Shown here: piece after piece, positions 1-12,800 of the stretch
Numbering within the stretch: the stretch's first letter is position 1
Layout: the number at the start of each line of letters is the position of its first letter
Origin: Phoronis australis
Taxonomy: Eukaryota > Animalia > Phoronida
Assembly (NCBI GenBank): GCA_002633005.1
Contig: NMRA01000174.1
Location: 92,911 to 156,910 of the forward strand
Direction: 5' to 3'
DNA length: 64,000 nucleotides
Made by a program: the position numbers and the translations under genes
The notes under the pieces: generated by a model
What the model saw: the letters and a program-made list of their open reading frames with translations, nothing else
Told to the model about the DNA's origin: nothing
Database searches by the model: none

Positions 1-62
1 AGTGCGGCCATTTACACTACAAATGTTGAAACCGATGAGCTGACACGGAACCAGTTGTTCCA
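1..62 (+). mobile_element. Terminal fragment of Harbinger-like MITE family A
   Basis: gccatttacactacaaatgttga..ccgat.agctgacacggaaccagttgttcca is nearly identical to about 1692-1747. Confidence 0.75.
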
Positions 63-739
63 TGTCGTGAACACATCCACTAAAACAAGAAACTGTAGGA
101 ACACCGCATTTATCCACCTTCACTCTTATCAGGCTTCTATTGTGAGTCAGCATGCGTGAATAATTGGCTGATAAGCCACCTCTGGAACTACTTTTGGCTG
201 AATGGATGACNAAACCATTTTCCATGACGCAATTCATTTCTTATGACTTTTCTACGACTTTTCTATGCCTTTCCCTTTTTAAAATATTCATCTCGAGTCA
301 CTTTTCTGAGACATTACCATGAAGAGAAGTTATACAAACAAGATATTTTGCGAAGGGTTGTAGATGAATTTATGAACCTGCATCATGACTAAAAATGGCA
401 GTATTTTCAGCTATTCAGCATGAGTTTTTCCTCTCTTTTTGTTTACCATGTATATTCCATGCATAGAAATATTTTTTGTTACTTCCCAGTTTTTCTATGA
501 TAAGTTAGAAGCATGTTTGTGCAAAGACAGCAGATGGATTTAAACCCCGTAACAGAGGTTTTTATGCATCTTAAATTTAAAATCATGATACATGTACCAC
601 AAAAAACTACACTATAATACATGAACTGTATCACACAATTTTTCCCCATCATCATGTTTAGGCAGGAAGTTTCTTTAGGCACCATACAAAGATAACACAT
701 TCGGAGAGAAGCCATACAAATAGCACAGGGTACACAAAC

Positions 740-879
740 CTTCTAAATGCTGACTTCAGGAACTTGCCAGAGCCTGCAGTTGGTGGCCGTTGGAGTAGAC
801 CGGCACACACAAGACTGATACGGCACTCTTCAATACTATCCCTCACTTGGAATAAGTCTACAATCTGGTGGCAGACGGG
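740..879 (-). CDS. Probable post-FERM exon (PVCHQIVDLFQVRDSIEECRISLVCAGLLQRPPTAGSGKFLKSAFRR)
   Basis: Acceptor tttattttttgatAG in phase 0 (a second in-frame CAG gives a start at 864) and candidate donor AG|GTTTGT. GC-richer than its flanks and overlaps ORF 658..846. No domain recognised. Confidence 0.65.
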
Positions 880-3800
880 CTATCAAAAAATAAAACTCAA
901 TATTAAAAAGTTTACTAGCAATTGCAGTTCTCTAAAGTAAAGAAGGACTCATATTCTCTATATAGTGCTAGTGGAACAATGGAGCTGCCTACAGAAGTGG
1001 CATTAGCCAGTCACGTGGGACATTCTCCATGTTGATGAACAGATTTCACCATAAAGAGTGGGCCTTCATTTTTCTCTGTTAACACAACCGGGTGAATATC
1101 GAATTGACCCTATCATAAACCAGAAATTGCAGGTTTTTCACTTTTTGAAATATGTTTAATGTCATAATTTTGCATATCTCTGAAAATTTTTTAAAAGTTT
1201 TTAATAAATAAGTAAATTTGACTCAGTATGCAAGATCTGAAGATCAGAACTGTTACCCGACAAATTATCGTAAAAATACATCAGTTGCTTGTGCATTCAT
1301 ATTGATATTAAGTTTTAAATCAACATCTGCAATAAAAATCACGTATTGTGCCAACATATTCTTGTCATATATTTGTTAAAGGCGAAGTTAAAATCAGCAG
1401 AAATTTTGTCTTAAACCATGCTTCCATCAGTGAAAAATTGTTACCAAGTGGCACAAACATGTAATAAGGCAACTCTTATGCGAACAGGATTTGCATGTAA
1501 GTGGATGAGAAAGCATGCACTGGTTTGCCTCAGAGTATCCAGTGCATTTCTCAGCACATCAAAAGGTTGATGGCACTGTCACAGATTGATGTGACCTAGT
1601 CACTATTCAAGCCGACTTGACCAAATGTGCATTGGATGAGATAATTACAGTCCTAAACCAATATCCTGTAAATCCTGCACAATTCAAAAGTGCCATTTAC
1701 ACTACAAATGTTGACACCGATCAGCTGACACGGAACCAGTTGTTCCAGCGCAAGTATGAGTGTAAACAGGACTGAACTGGAGCAAATTGACACCACGGTG
1801 ACAACTTTTGCCACCCGTTTGTGAGGTAAAGCAATTTGTGCTAGAACATCTTGCTCCGTGTCAACTATGTGTCTAAGCGCGAAACTGGGGCAAGGCGGAA
1901 AGGATCTGATACATCTCTACTGCGCTTGTGTAATGACCTAAATACAGGTTCTCTGTCTCTTCAACTCCCATCATTTGTAAACCTGTGCATGTGTGGTCCA
2001 CTCTCCAGCCTACAATTTCCGTCTTGCCACAGTTAGTGAGTTGTGTGTGTAAATGGACACTTGACACCGATCAATTTGCTCCGTGTCAGTTGCGCCGGGC
2101 CAAAATTTGATGTCTAAGTGGGACTAAAGTGAAAAATGAACAATGAATAAGGCAAATGACCAACACAATTGTTTTTAAAATTAAAAAGTATATATCAGCC
2201 ATCTTCAAATTTTAAAAATCGATGCATTATAAGAGAAATTAGCGAAAAGGATTTCTTCAGCAGTGCAGCTAAGCCACGGGTGATAATTTGTCGATTGATT
2301 AAGATGGGTTAGTCACAGTCTGGCTAAACTTGAGCTCCCTTAGACATTAGGGAAACAAAACTCCAAATGTTAGCCAAGGAGTTGCCTCATGAACTAAGGA
2401 AGAAAACAATCATAAGACAAAAAATGTTATTTTTAACTTACCTTTAAAGACTCAAAGTCACTCACTAAACCAGGTGAATAGTTTTGCACAGCTGAAATGA
2501 ACTGTTCCCTATCCTCCAGCTCCAAGAAATGAACTTTGACCCCTTCCATATGGTTTCTTATTTCCATAACGACCTGTCCTTCATTCCATAGCGATGCAGG
2601 TGAGACATTTTCAATGTCATAATAATGATATGAACAGATAATATTGGTGCTTTCTGGCGGGCATAGAACCTTAATGCCAGACCTGTGTACAGCTAAAGTC
2701 ACGTCCTGGGGATCAGGTTTACGAGAGACGCAAGCACTACGTAAGGATACGCTGCCAAACAACGGAATCTCCAGGCAGATGTTGATGTACTTTAACATGG
2801 CATCTTCGTTTGACAAGTTTTTACCGTGTTTCTAGAACAAAAGTAAAGTTCTATATTTTGAGAGGGAAACATAGGTTGTAAAACCTTAAAGTTAAAATCA
2901 ATACATCAATGAACTTATTTATTTATAAACAGTAACATGAGTTTTAACAACAGGTTAAAACAATTTATACATAACACCCACTCATTGGGCTTATAAGTTA
3001 CTGATATCACACTAATAATTTTTTAATGTTTATTACGCAAAATACAATGTACAAAAATAAGAGTTAAGCGCAGAAAGTGCTAGAAAGCAAAATGGTAAAA
3101 CTGGGAAAATACACAACTGGCAGTGAAATAAACAATGCATGCTAGCCACATAGTTTTCATCAACATGTTAACTTTGATTTTTTGAGATTATCAATGACTT
3201 TCATTCACTTATTTAAAGACTATAATTTTAAATTTTCCCCTTCATTTTACTCTTTTATGGAACATAACTGTATACTTACAAATATCAAAACCAAACAGTT
3301 CTGTTAATTACTGAACTTAAGAAATGCAAACAATCAGTATTTTAACACCATGTGTATCAAAAACTCACGAATATCATGTGACCAACTGTTGTGTTACCAC
3401 GGTGCTAGGTGAAGTAGCTGTTTTGGTCAAAGTTCAGACTACACAACATGTGGTCTGACAATTCACCTCTGCCTCAGAATCAATGGGCCTGGTGGGTTTG
3501 TCAATACAAACAGAAACATAAACAAGAACATTGAAATTTCCCTTGCTGTTCAGAGGCTATTTTGCAGATTTTCTGGGGAATCTTACAGTGTGGCTGTCTT
3601 TCCGGTTCAGGAAACTTTCTTCTAAAATATTCATGGCAAGACACAAAAGTCATCCTTTAAAAATAAAACCTTTGCTTGCACACATTTACCATAGGAAGAC
3701 TGGGTGGGAAACCCCAATCAGCATAGGAGAGGCGATGGCACAGCACTCCAGCTGAACACAAAATGGACAACCATTCAACGGAATCAAACAAACACATGTA

Positions 3801-6800
3801 TAAGTAAGAATTATAAATCTTCTTATACACTGACAACAGAAACAAGGACACATGTAAGTACAATTATTTAGTCTTCTTACAGACCGTATGTTTGCCACGT
3901 CAGTCACGTGACAACACCGACGCAAACAAGCACGTGTATCTTATTACAAAGTATTTCCATTTACCATGTGATATATGGGAAGTTCCCTGTTGAGATTCTT
4001 GTCTTCCATTTTTCTCTGTAGAGATTTTGGGAAGAAATGTTCACAGGCATCTGCATATCTGAATAAGACACAATGAATTGCTAATTAATTCCATGAAAGA
4101 GCAATCACTCACTTTGGGACAGTGTCTAGAATTTTGGACATAAAAACTGTAACCACAGAAATTAAATTTTCTTGATTCTGGAGTTTGGGACGAGGCCGAT
4201 TTTGGCGTTCACCATATTTCTCAAACTTCAGACAATTTGTTTTCAATCTACAGTAAAAAGTGGGTAACAAGCTGCAGCCTTGAGCAAAATAATTAATTTT
4301 CACAATCCCACATTGGAGAATTTCTAACATAGATTCATTTTAAAAGACGAGCTTAATTTCCCATATATCATAATTTTGTTGTTAATGTTTGAACAATATA
4401 CTGTCTCCTACCTGATATTTTCAGAATATGTAACCCAGGGTCGTCTGGTTTGGTAAAATTTCACCAATTTAAGACAATCAGAATATAGCGGACAGTTGAA
4501 TTTATACTTGTTCGTTGCTTCATAAGATTTGTAGCGCCAAATCAATGCTCTTGTTATCTTGGAAAATTGATGAGATTTCACCATGATAGTAATATCCCAA
4601 TAACATGCATTACAACAGTGTATCAAGTGGTCTTGTCAGTCAAGACCAGTCGATCACCTGCAGCTTCACTGTTCCATACTTTATGCAGCAAACGTGGAGA
4701 ACATAGGATTAACTTTGAAAAAATGATATACTTATCATTACCACAGAAAAAATAACACACTTATTTTTTTAAATCTTCACAATTAAAATAGTATTGGCTA
4801 TAAATACCTTTGGTCTTTTACCTTTAGAACATAAGTCATTTGTTTTAAACTATCACATGTTCCATAAACTTCCAGTATTATTTTGGATCTGGGAGTGATA
4901 TAATACAATGGCCCCAGTTTTGGATTACGGTAAAAATTTTCCAGTTTGGGACAATGAAAAATTAAATTTTGCTAAAAGCGAAAGGTAGTGACAAATTTTA
5001 GAAATAGGCAATGTTGGTTGTCCAAAATTCCAGAATTACGAGAAAGACGAATTTTGAATCGGCAGCTATTTGTGATGAGTTTATCTTGGATTTTGTTCAC
5101 ACAAAATACTATATCTGATGTTTGTGAAATATGATGAATGCTAAAATTACATATGTCCCAATATTGAGAATCAAGAAAATTCAATTTAATGGCTTGGATT
5201 TCAGTGTCACAAAATTTTGGAGACTGTCCTAACCAGAGAAATTTTACCCTAAGTATATTGAAAATAATTATGCGAAAACCAGTCTAGTGGTAATACAGAT
5301 TTTACATTCGGACAATGTGGCTCCCATTAAGGTGTAGACTTTCTTTGTTATGCATTTATACAGCAGACTTACAATTAAAAACAAGTACATATAACTCCAC
5401 TATACAGATTTTCACCGAATACAAAAACCACACAACAATTTTATTTTAGTAATCAAATTTCCTGTTGCCACAAACTACAATAAAAAACAGTTACATGACT
5501 TTTAAATATAAACTTTTCACGACATTGGTGCTGTTTTTCATTATATTTGTAATGCCCTCTATAAAATACAGTCTTAACTGAGGAATAAGACTATTACTAA
5601 CTGAAACTTAAAAACATCGACTTTTATGGATGGGTGAAGGAAGCTATTTCCAGATGTAAACAAATGTGTAATAGCATGATCTTACCTAACAGTGAAGCAC
5701 TAAAAAATTTACTTCACCTGAGGTCTTCGTTTGCATCATGTGGGCCCCAGGTGACTTGAGCCTGCAGTCCTGCTAGCTGTTGAGCGATGGACAAACTAAT
5801 ATCGTAGCAATCCATCTGGTTAATGATAGACAAAAGATTAAATAAGACAAATAGTAGTTTCATTATTTGCTGACTCTGAATCACTTATCATTGCACTTCC
5901 TTTAGGGCACTTCTGTACCTGTGGCTTAACAATGGTGCAAACATAGACAAGCACATACTGGAGTTTTCTGCAGACAAACAAGGAGCATGACAAACAAGGA
6001 GCATGTATTTACGAAATATCAGTTTAGGGACCAAAAGCCAAATCCCAATATACGAACGAGCATGACGAATAATACATTTGGATGTATCTACAGCTGATGT
6101 ACAATTGTTGTTAAAAAATCACTTAAGTTGCAGTTTTAGTGTCCATTTCCATGAGAAAAGCTTTAGGATTCAACCAACCCCATGGGCATGCCTGTGACAA
6201 CTTTTCCTTATTTACGTCCACTTTGTGTATCTTAAGATGAACCGGCCTACAGAAACAAGTTACTGTAACAATTGACAGTAAAATCTCACTGACTTGGGAC
6301 ACATGGCAGACAAGTAAAATGACGTGTTTTCCATGAAAGATATGCAGCACAAAAATAAACTGTTTTCCGCGTTCAAGTCTTGTTCTACAGCTACCATCAG
6401 ACACTGTTTTGAAAAAATGTGGGCATTCACAACATTGTTATACAGAACGTGGCAGACACCACAGATTTTCCACTTTATTCATAAAAGACAAGTCAAGACA
6501 GTTAAAGGCTTTATCAGTTTTAGCTTGCATGTCATGAGCTCAAATGGGACAATATTCTTGAGAAAACTGTTTGTATTGTCAATGATTGAGACCTCAAGAC
6601 ATCAGGTTTTCGTTTGACAATGGAAGACTTTCAAATAGCAACCTGGCAACTGGTCACGTGGGACCAGATACCAGTAGCCTCTAGAATACGAGAAGGTATT
6701 TTATAACTTTTGCTTAAAACACATTCTGTGCAATCACAAACACTATAAAATGGTCTTTTCACAAAGTCAAACTGTTGCCCTGTGCACTGTGAAGACAAAG

Positions 6801-9800
6801 TAACTCTTGGTTGAGCTAGGCGGCACTATGAGTCACTGGTCCCACGTGATCAACCCCCATTGCTTCCCATTACCCCCAAATATGGATGACACCTACCCTT
6901 CCTGGCTTCACTGCATAGAAAAACGTAGTTCCATTCAGGCACTAAACAAAACAGAGTTGTAATAAAATGTAATCTAATGATAATCCTGCCATGCCTTCAG
7001 CGCACAAAATACAATACTTCTCACAAAGAATAACAAACCCTGCAATCCCAGTGGGAGCATTGCCTAAAAATTTGTCCCTCACCCTAAGCCCTCTCCAATG
7101 TACTCAGTAAATCGACAAAATTTGACATCAAAGCGTACCTCTGTTACAGAGTGCACCGCTTGATGATAGAGCAGATGTACAGCAACAGGATCACGGAGGT
7201 CACTATCGTTGATAAACCTCTTTCTCAACATGAATCGTGATGTCGGTACGTTGTTGTTGGTGCTGCCCATGCCAGAGTGCCTGATGGCAGCCTTCAAGAT
7301 GCTGGTAGAATTCAATGAAGAATGACTGCTTCCTGGTTCCATGTGCTTGAACATTCCCATGCTGAGAGCAGAAAATTTCTGTTTTGTGGGAGTAAGCATG
7401 TCGTTGGTGGTCGACTGTCGACGTGAGTCTGTCTTCGGAGAGTTATACTTGAAGAGATGTAGCGGTGATCCAGATGTGGACCTACTTCTCGGCTGTGCTT
7501 TTGGACATCTACAGTGAATGAAAAATGTGATTGGAAAGCGAACTTGAAGGCCATAGTCTCTGCACTAACCTGACCATTTTTATATTTGCCTCAAGAATTC
7601 AAAAAATGAACTATCAGAATTACCAAAAAAGTTCTCTAATCAACTTTAAAGACTTACAAAGCAAAAATTGTGAAGGAAAAGCTTCAAATATTTCAGGTTG
7701 AACATTCAATAAACGGATTTGCATAAACATTGATATGGTAGAAAAATTTATATTTTAGCCTAAGACCAATATACTTCCAGATTTGGCCAACTTGTCACGA
7801 AACAAGATTCACGCCAATATAAGTTGGTGTTGCTATGTAGACTAAATACATGATGCAAGAATAAGGAAGTGCGCAAATAAATATCTAACTTATTCACAGT
7901 GTTACTATATTTATTATAGTTTTTGTCATTGTTCATAGACTTTATTGGCCACCCTGGCTTATTTGTTTAGCCAGTAATTCCCTGTCAGGCTCTTTTTATA
8001 TGGGAGAGTCAGTTTTCACAGAATAAATGAAAAAGCAAGCAACGCAACTTTACCAGGCTTTCAGAATATGATGACACATTGTTGATTTCAGGTGATATTG
8101 ACATGCAACAGCTTTTGATATATGGTGAAATCCAGTTTTCACAAGCATTCACATCAGTTTTGACCTCCTGACCATTATTCACCATGTAAATAATTGCCAT
8201 ACCATGAGGACTTTACAATAAACTGTAGATCTTCCTTACAAATAGTGAGCAATGATGGCAAAGATGGCGGCTTGTTGTGAATTTGTGGCATTCATGCTTT
8301 TTGAATGCCAGCTTTGACAATTGTAATCCTTCAGTTTATACTCTAGTAGAAAGGCTCTCCAGCAGCTAGCTTGGTATTAACTGACTAGTGCTGACCGACC
8401 GGTGCTGACCGACCGGTGCTGACCGGCCGGTGCTGACCGGCCGGTGCTGACCGACCGGTGCTGACTGGCCGGTGCTGACCGACCGGTGCTGACCGACCGG
8501 TGCTGACCGACCGGTGCTGACTGACCGGTGTTGACCGACTGGTGTTGACCGACTACTACGGACCGACTAGTATTGACCCACTAGTACGGACCCACTAGTA
8601 CTGACCCACTAGTACGGACCCACTAGTACTGACCGACTAGTATTGACCCACTAGTACTGACCCACTAGTACTGACCCACTAGTACGGACTGACTAGTACA
8701 GACTGACAAGTACTGACTGACTTAAGTACCCATTTATACTTACTTTTCCCAAGATGCAACAATGTCAGCAACATACTCATCTTCTTTTATGTAGTCAAAC
8801 TCATTCATGTAATTCTAAAACAATCACATGCAAATATATAATGCAATCCACATAACAAGCTATGCACCAGCATCCATATCTTTCAAGCTGATTCAGCATT
8901 TCACATACTTGCCAACTCTCCCGAATTGAGCCTGAGCCCCCCCCTCCCCCCTCCATCCTCCCCCGATTAATCATAACTTGTAGCAACTTTCCTTATTTCT
9001 TTAAAACTGTAGTTAAATGTCATCCTTTCCACAAACAATGTATTCGGCAGTACCTCCAATTCCTATTTGACTATGAAGAAAAGGGGTCCTTTACAGGGGC
9101 GCCCACTCTTTTGACTGAACTGGGAGGCAGGAGTTTAATTTTCTGGAACATATATCGCAGCTACAATCAGTTTTCGCAGAAAAAACAAAGCCAAATTTTT
9201 CTTCCATTTATAAGGATTTTCAGCTCTGGAGGAAGAAACAAAGTCCTCAATTCGTTAATGTGTTTCGTAAAGCCAAGTAAGCTGGGTCAATTTCTTGTCA
9301 GTCTGTATTAAATACTTTTATTAAGTTGAACATAAATGTTAGACACAAAACATGTCTGTCAAAAATAACCAACAATTTTCAATTTTACAAATGGTAATAT
9401 CAAATCTGGTTTCTTTACCCTTTAACACATTTTGATTAATATCACCTGTAGCACAGTGTAGGAGGGATTTTATAATTAGAAAATATATTAGGGGACAGAA
9501 CATTACGGCGTTCTCCTGTTCAGTGACTTTACCAGACCTAGAGGGTTGTGGGCATGTGATAACATCTAGCTTCTTTGTTAACTGCCAAGCACAGTTTTTT
9601 GTCTGGTATGACAACAGGCAGGCCAATTATCTACCAAGTTTACAGCAGACCATGTGTGAACACAGTCAAACCCAGAGCGAATTGCTATGTTCAAAAGGAA
9701 CAGATTGTCATAACTTCGGTAACCGTTGTACTTGTGCCATTTTGGCGATTCAAAAACTAAACATGATCAGCATTTGACAAGGAATTCAGAAATGCTATTG

Positions 9801-12800
9801 GTTTATGTTCGAATATGTTATAACTTAACTTTTATTTTTAACAGTAGTCAGGCTAGATATGACCTTGTGGGAGATTAGAGCAATTATAGAACAAAAGAGA
9901 GCTGGCCCTCCAACCATAAATGCCAGAATGGAGTTAATCAGTCATGTAAGATATTGGCTATAGGCGTCATCTTCCCAACATGTTGTTGGGCTATGGAATC
10001 GAACAAGTTGGAATCAATGGGAAACCGCCGTAATGAGTGGCCTATCTAAGAATTAACTAGCAGTTCACAAGATTAACGCACAAGAGCAATGCAAAGTGCT
10101 GAAATGCGCCTCGACTGAGATGCAAATGGTGTGTTTCTAATGGTGTTTTGATTATCATATAAATGGCCACTCAGGGCGCAGCATATGTCAAACCCATCCG
10201 AAATTAGGAAAGCATCGTCATCTCTTTATTACAAAACTTTTTTTTCAAATTTCAAGCAAATCCATCAAGGAACTCCAAAAATACAGATGCAAACGTAAAA
10301 ATCTAAAATTACCACTAGGGGCAGAGTGATAGTCGAAACAGTCCGAAACTCCTAGTCGTCCGTCATCCGCTTCATAGGAAGATATCTATCAAATCTCATT
10401 ATGATCCTGCGAGGGGATACCAGGTACATGGCCACAAACGCCAGGACAGAGACGACGACAATATATACCCACACATAAATACGTGGGCGGATAACTAGCT
10501 TTACGACTAATAATCCGCACAGTCTGACAGACGCCAATGTAATCACATGGGAATGCATTGAAATCTTATTTTGCAGCCAATGTCTATCTAAATTATTCAT
10601 AAGAAATGAAGATCACCATCTCCAATAGCGAATGGACCAGGATTTGGCAACATAAAGGTAGTCGTGGTGAAATAATGGAAACTTAGTATATCAAAGATCT
10701 ATTTCACAGCACCTTGTACTTCATCAGTAGATTTATACAAGAAGCGCTGACATCATCAATTCTCCTTACCATGAGCACTAATCTAAGCTCTTCTTTGTAT
10801 GGAGGAGGGCAATTACCAGATCAGCAATGACTTAACAGCAATGCGCCACTGATAGAAATAATTTGCACTATCGTACACTGAAACTAGTAGTTTTTTAACA
10901 CAATGACTTCTGAAATAGATTCCGTCAAAAAAAGTTAGGTTATGATCATTTTTCCCCAAAGAATAACTGTAAGTTGCAATTGACAAGCTCATCAAGGAAC
11001 GTTCCAGAATGATTCCACTAAATGAATCTCCTACTAATGGTACATCAGACTTTTAATTTCCAGTTCAATACACTTTAAGCAAACCTTGGATGGCATTTTC
11101 CACTATCATAAACAAGAGCTACTACAGGTTGAAAAATTGTTACCTCAAAAACAGCCCATCCCTCCGCAGACTGTATATGGACCTTCTCTGTTACCAGATG
11201 AACCATCTCACCGATGGTCATAGTGGGATGAACGTTGATTAATTTGATCTTCTCATCAGGGAAATATACACGAACCATGAGTGGGGAAAATGTTCTGAAG
11301 ACCTGGAAGCAAAGAAAAAGAACTCTGAAGTGACATGAATGTGTTATTTTATGCATTCTGATGACACTTGAGCTACGATACTTAGTTGAATAGACAGCGA
11401 GGGAATACACCAAGTCAGAAGTCCAATAGGTGGCTCGATGGTGGTGCATGGTGATGCAGGTGCTTGTGATGGTTGGTGAAGGCAGTTAAAATCATATGGC
11501 ATTCAAAAAATAAAACAAGTAATCACAGAATTCAACTGGTTGGAAGTAATGCTGAGTTTACTTGGTCAAACTGGTGATAAAGATGGTATTGGTGGTAATG
11601 ATAGTGGTGGTGGTGGAGTTGCAGTTGTTGGAGGTGGTGGTGGTGGCAGCAGGGATGGTGCAGGTGGTTGTTGTCAATCACCATTGGCAGTGGTAGTGAT
11701 GGTGATAGTGGTGGTTGTGATAGTGGTGGTGATAGTTATCGTTTGTTTCTGGCAATGGTAGTTAGGAGTTCGGTGACTATTGTCGAGTACACAAAAGGAT
11801 CTATAACGCTGCCGTTCATGGTTGACAGGTGCTTGTACCAGGCACCCAAAAAGAGGGACACAACTAAGGTTCCTAAATCTTTTGCGTATTTGTGTCGTTC
11901 TGTACTCACAGATGTAATATTTTTCTATAATTTTATCTTTATTATGAGCTCCACTTTACCAATGACATTTTCTAATAATGTAACTAAAAACTGAGCCCTT
12001 AATTCAGTCAAAATAATTAGAAATTTGGTTTTTAAATTGCATGAAAGGATCCATACTTATGTTCAACAATACTAAGAATTCAACAAAGAGTTCACTGTCG
12101 ATTTGTACCAAAGCTAAAAATTAAGTTAATAATGAAACACAAACAGCATAAGAAAGGAAATCAATGTTATTTTAAAAAGCCCACAAATACACAGTATATT
12201 TAGGGAACTTAGTTGAGTTCCTATTTGACGGGGACTGCTTCATGCAATCGGTCACTGGAAGTCAAATGCTTTATCATATATCACTAAAAATATTAAATAT
12301 TAAGATTTTTTATTATTCATTAAATACTTCACATCTGAGTTTCTTTTTAAGTGTACTAAGATAAAGCTCATTTCCCAATCAAATCTCTTTTCAACATTGA
12401 CAAGATTTTCAAAAATCCTTGTTTTTAAATAATCACTTGAATTTCAAAAAGGCAAAACTCAACTAGAAGTGGGAGTATGGACTCAGGTAACTGTCTAGAC
12501 ATCAATTTAGTTGGAGATTGCATTAAATAATTAACATAGTAACCCACCCACCTTAATCCCTAATGAAAATTAAACTTTAATGCCATGTCCGCATGTCAGT
12601 TTTTTAAGACCTTCTTAAGCAGACATGTCATTAAAATTTAAACTAACACATTTGTCAGTGTCAGCAACTTATACGCTAATCAAGATGATTTCCTCTGTGA
12701 ATCCCTCCAACATTAAAGCAAATGCTCATTTAGCTCAACATTTCCTTGTCAGAGTTTGCAGGGGATCTGCAAGAGGTAAAGTGAGCAACAGAACCATATA

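Noticed and set aside
1851-2067. Apparent paralogous ORFs (with 27974..28249 and 28017..28220)
   Set aside because: The similarity comes from two copies of MITE family A, and frames are not conserved across the copies.
8374-8722. Regular repeat array as a possible CRISPR
   Set aside because: Units are contiguous 14-mers with no unique spacers, there are no cas genes, and the context is a eukaryotic intron.
11540-11994. Gly/Val-rich ORFs resembling a membrane or Gly-rich protein
   Set aside because: They are products of a GGT microsatellite.
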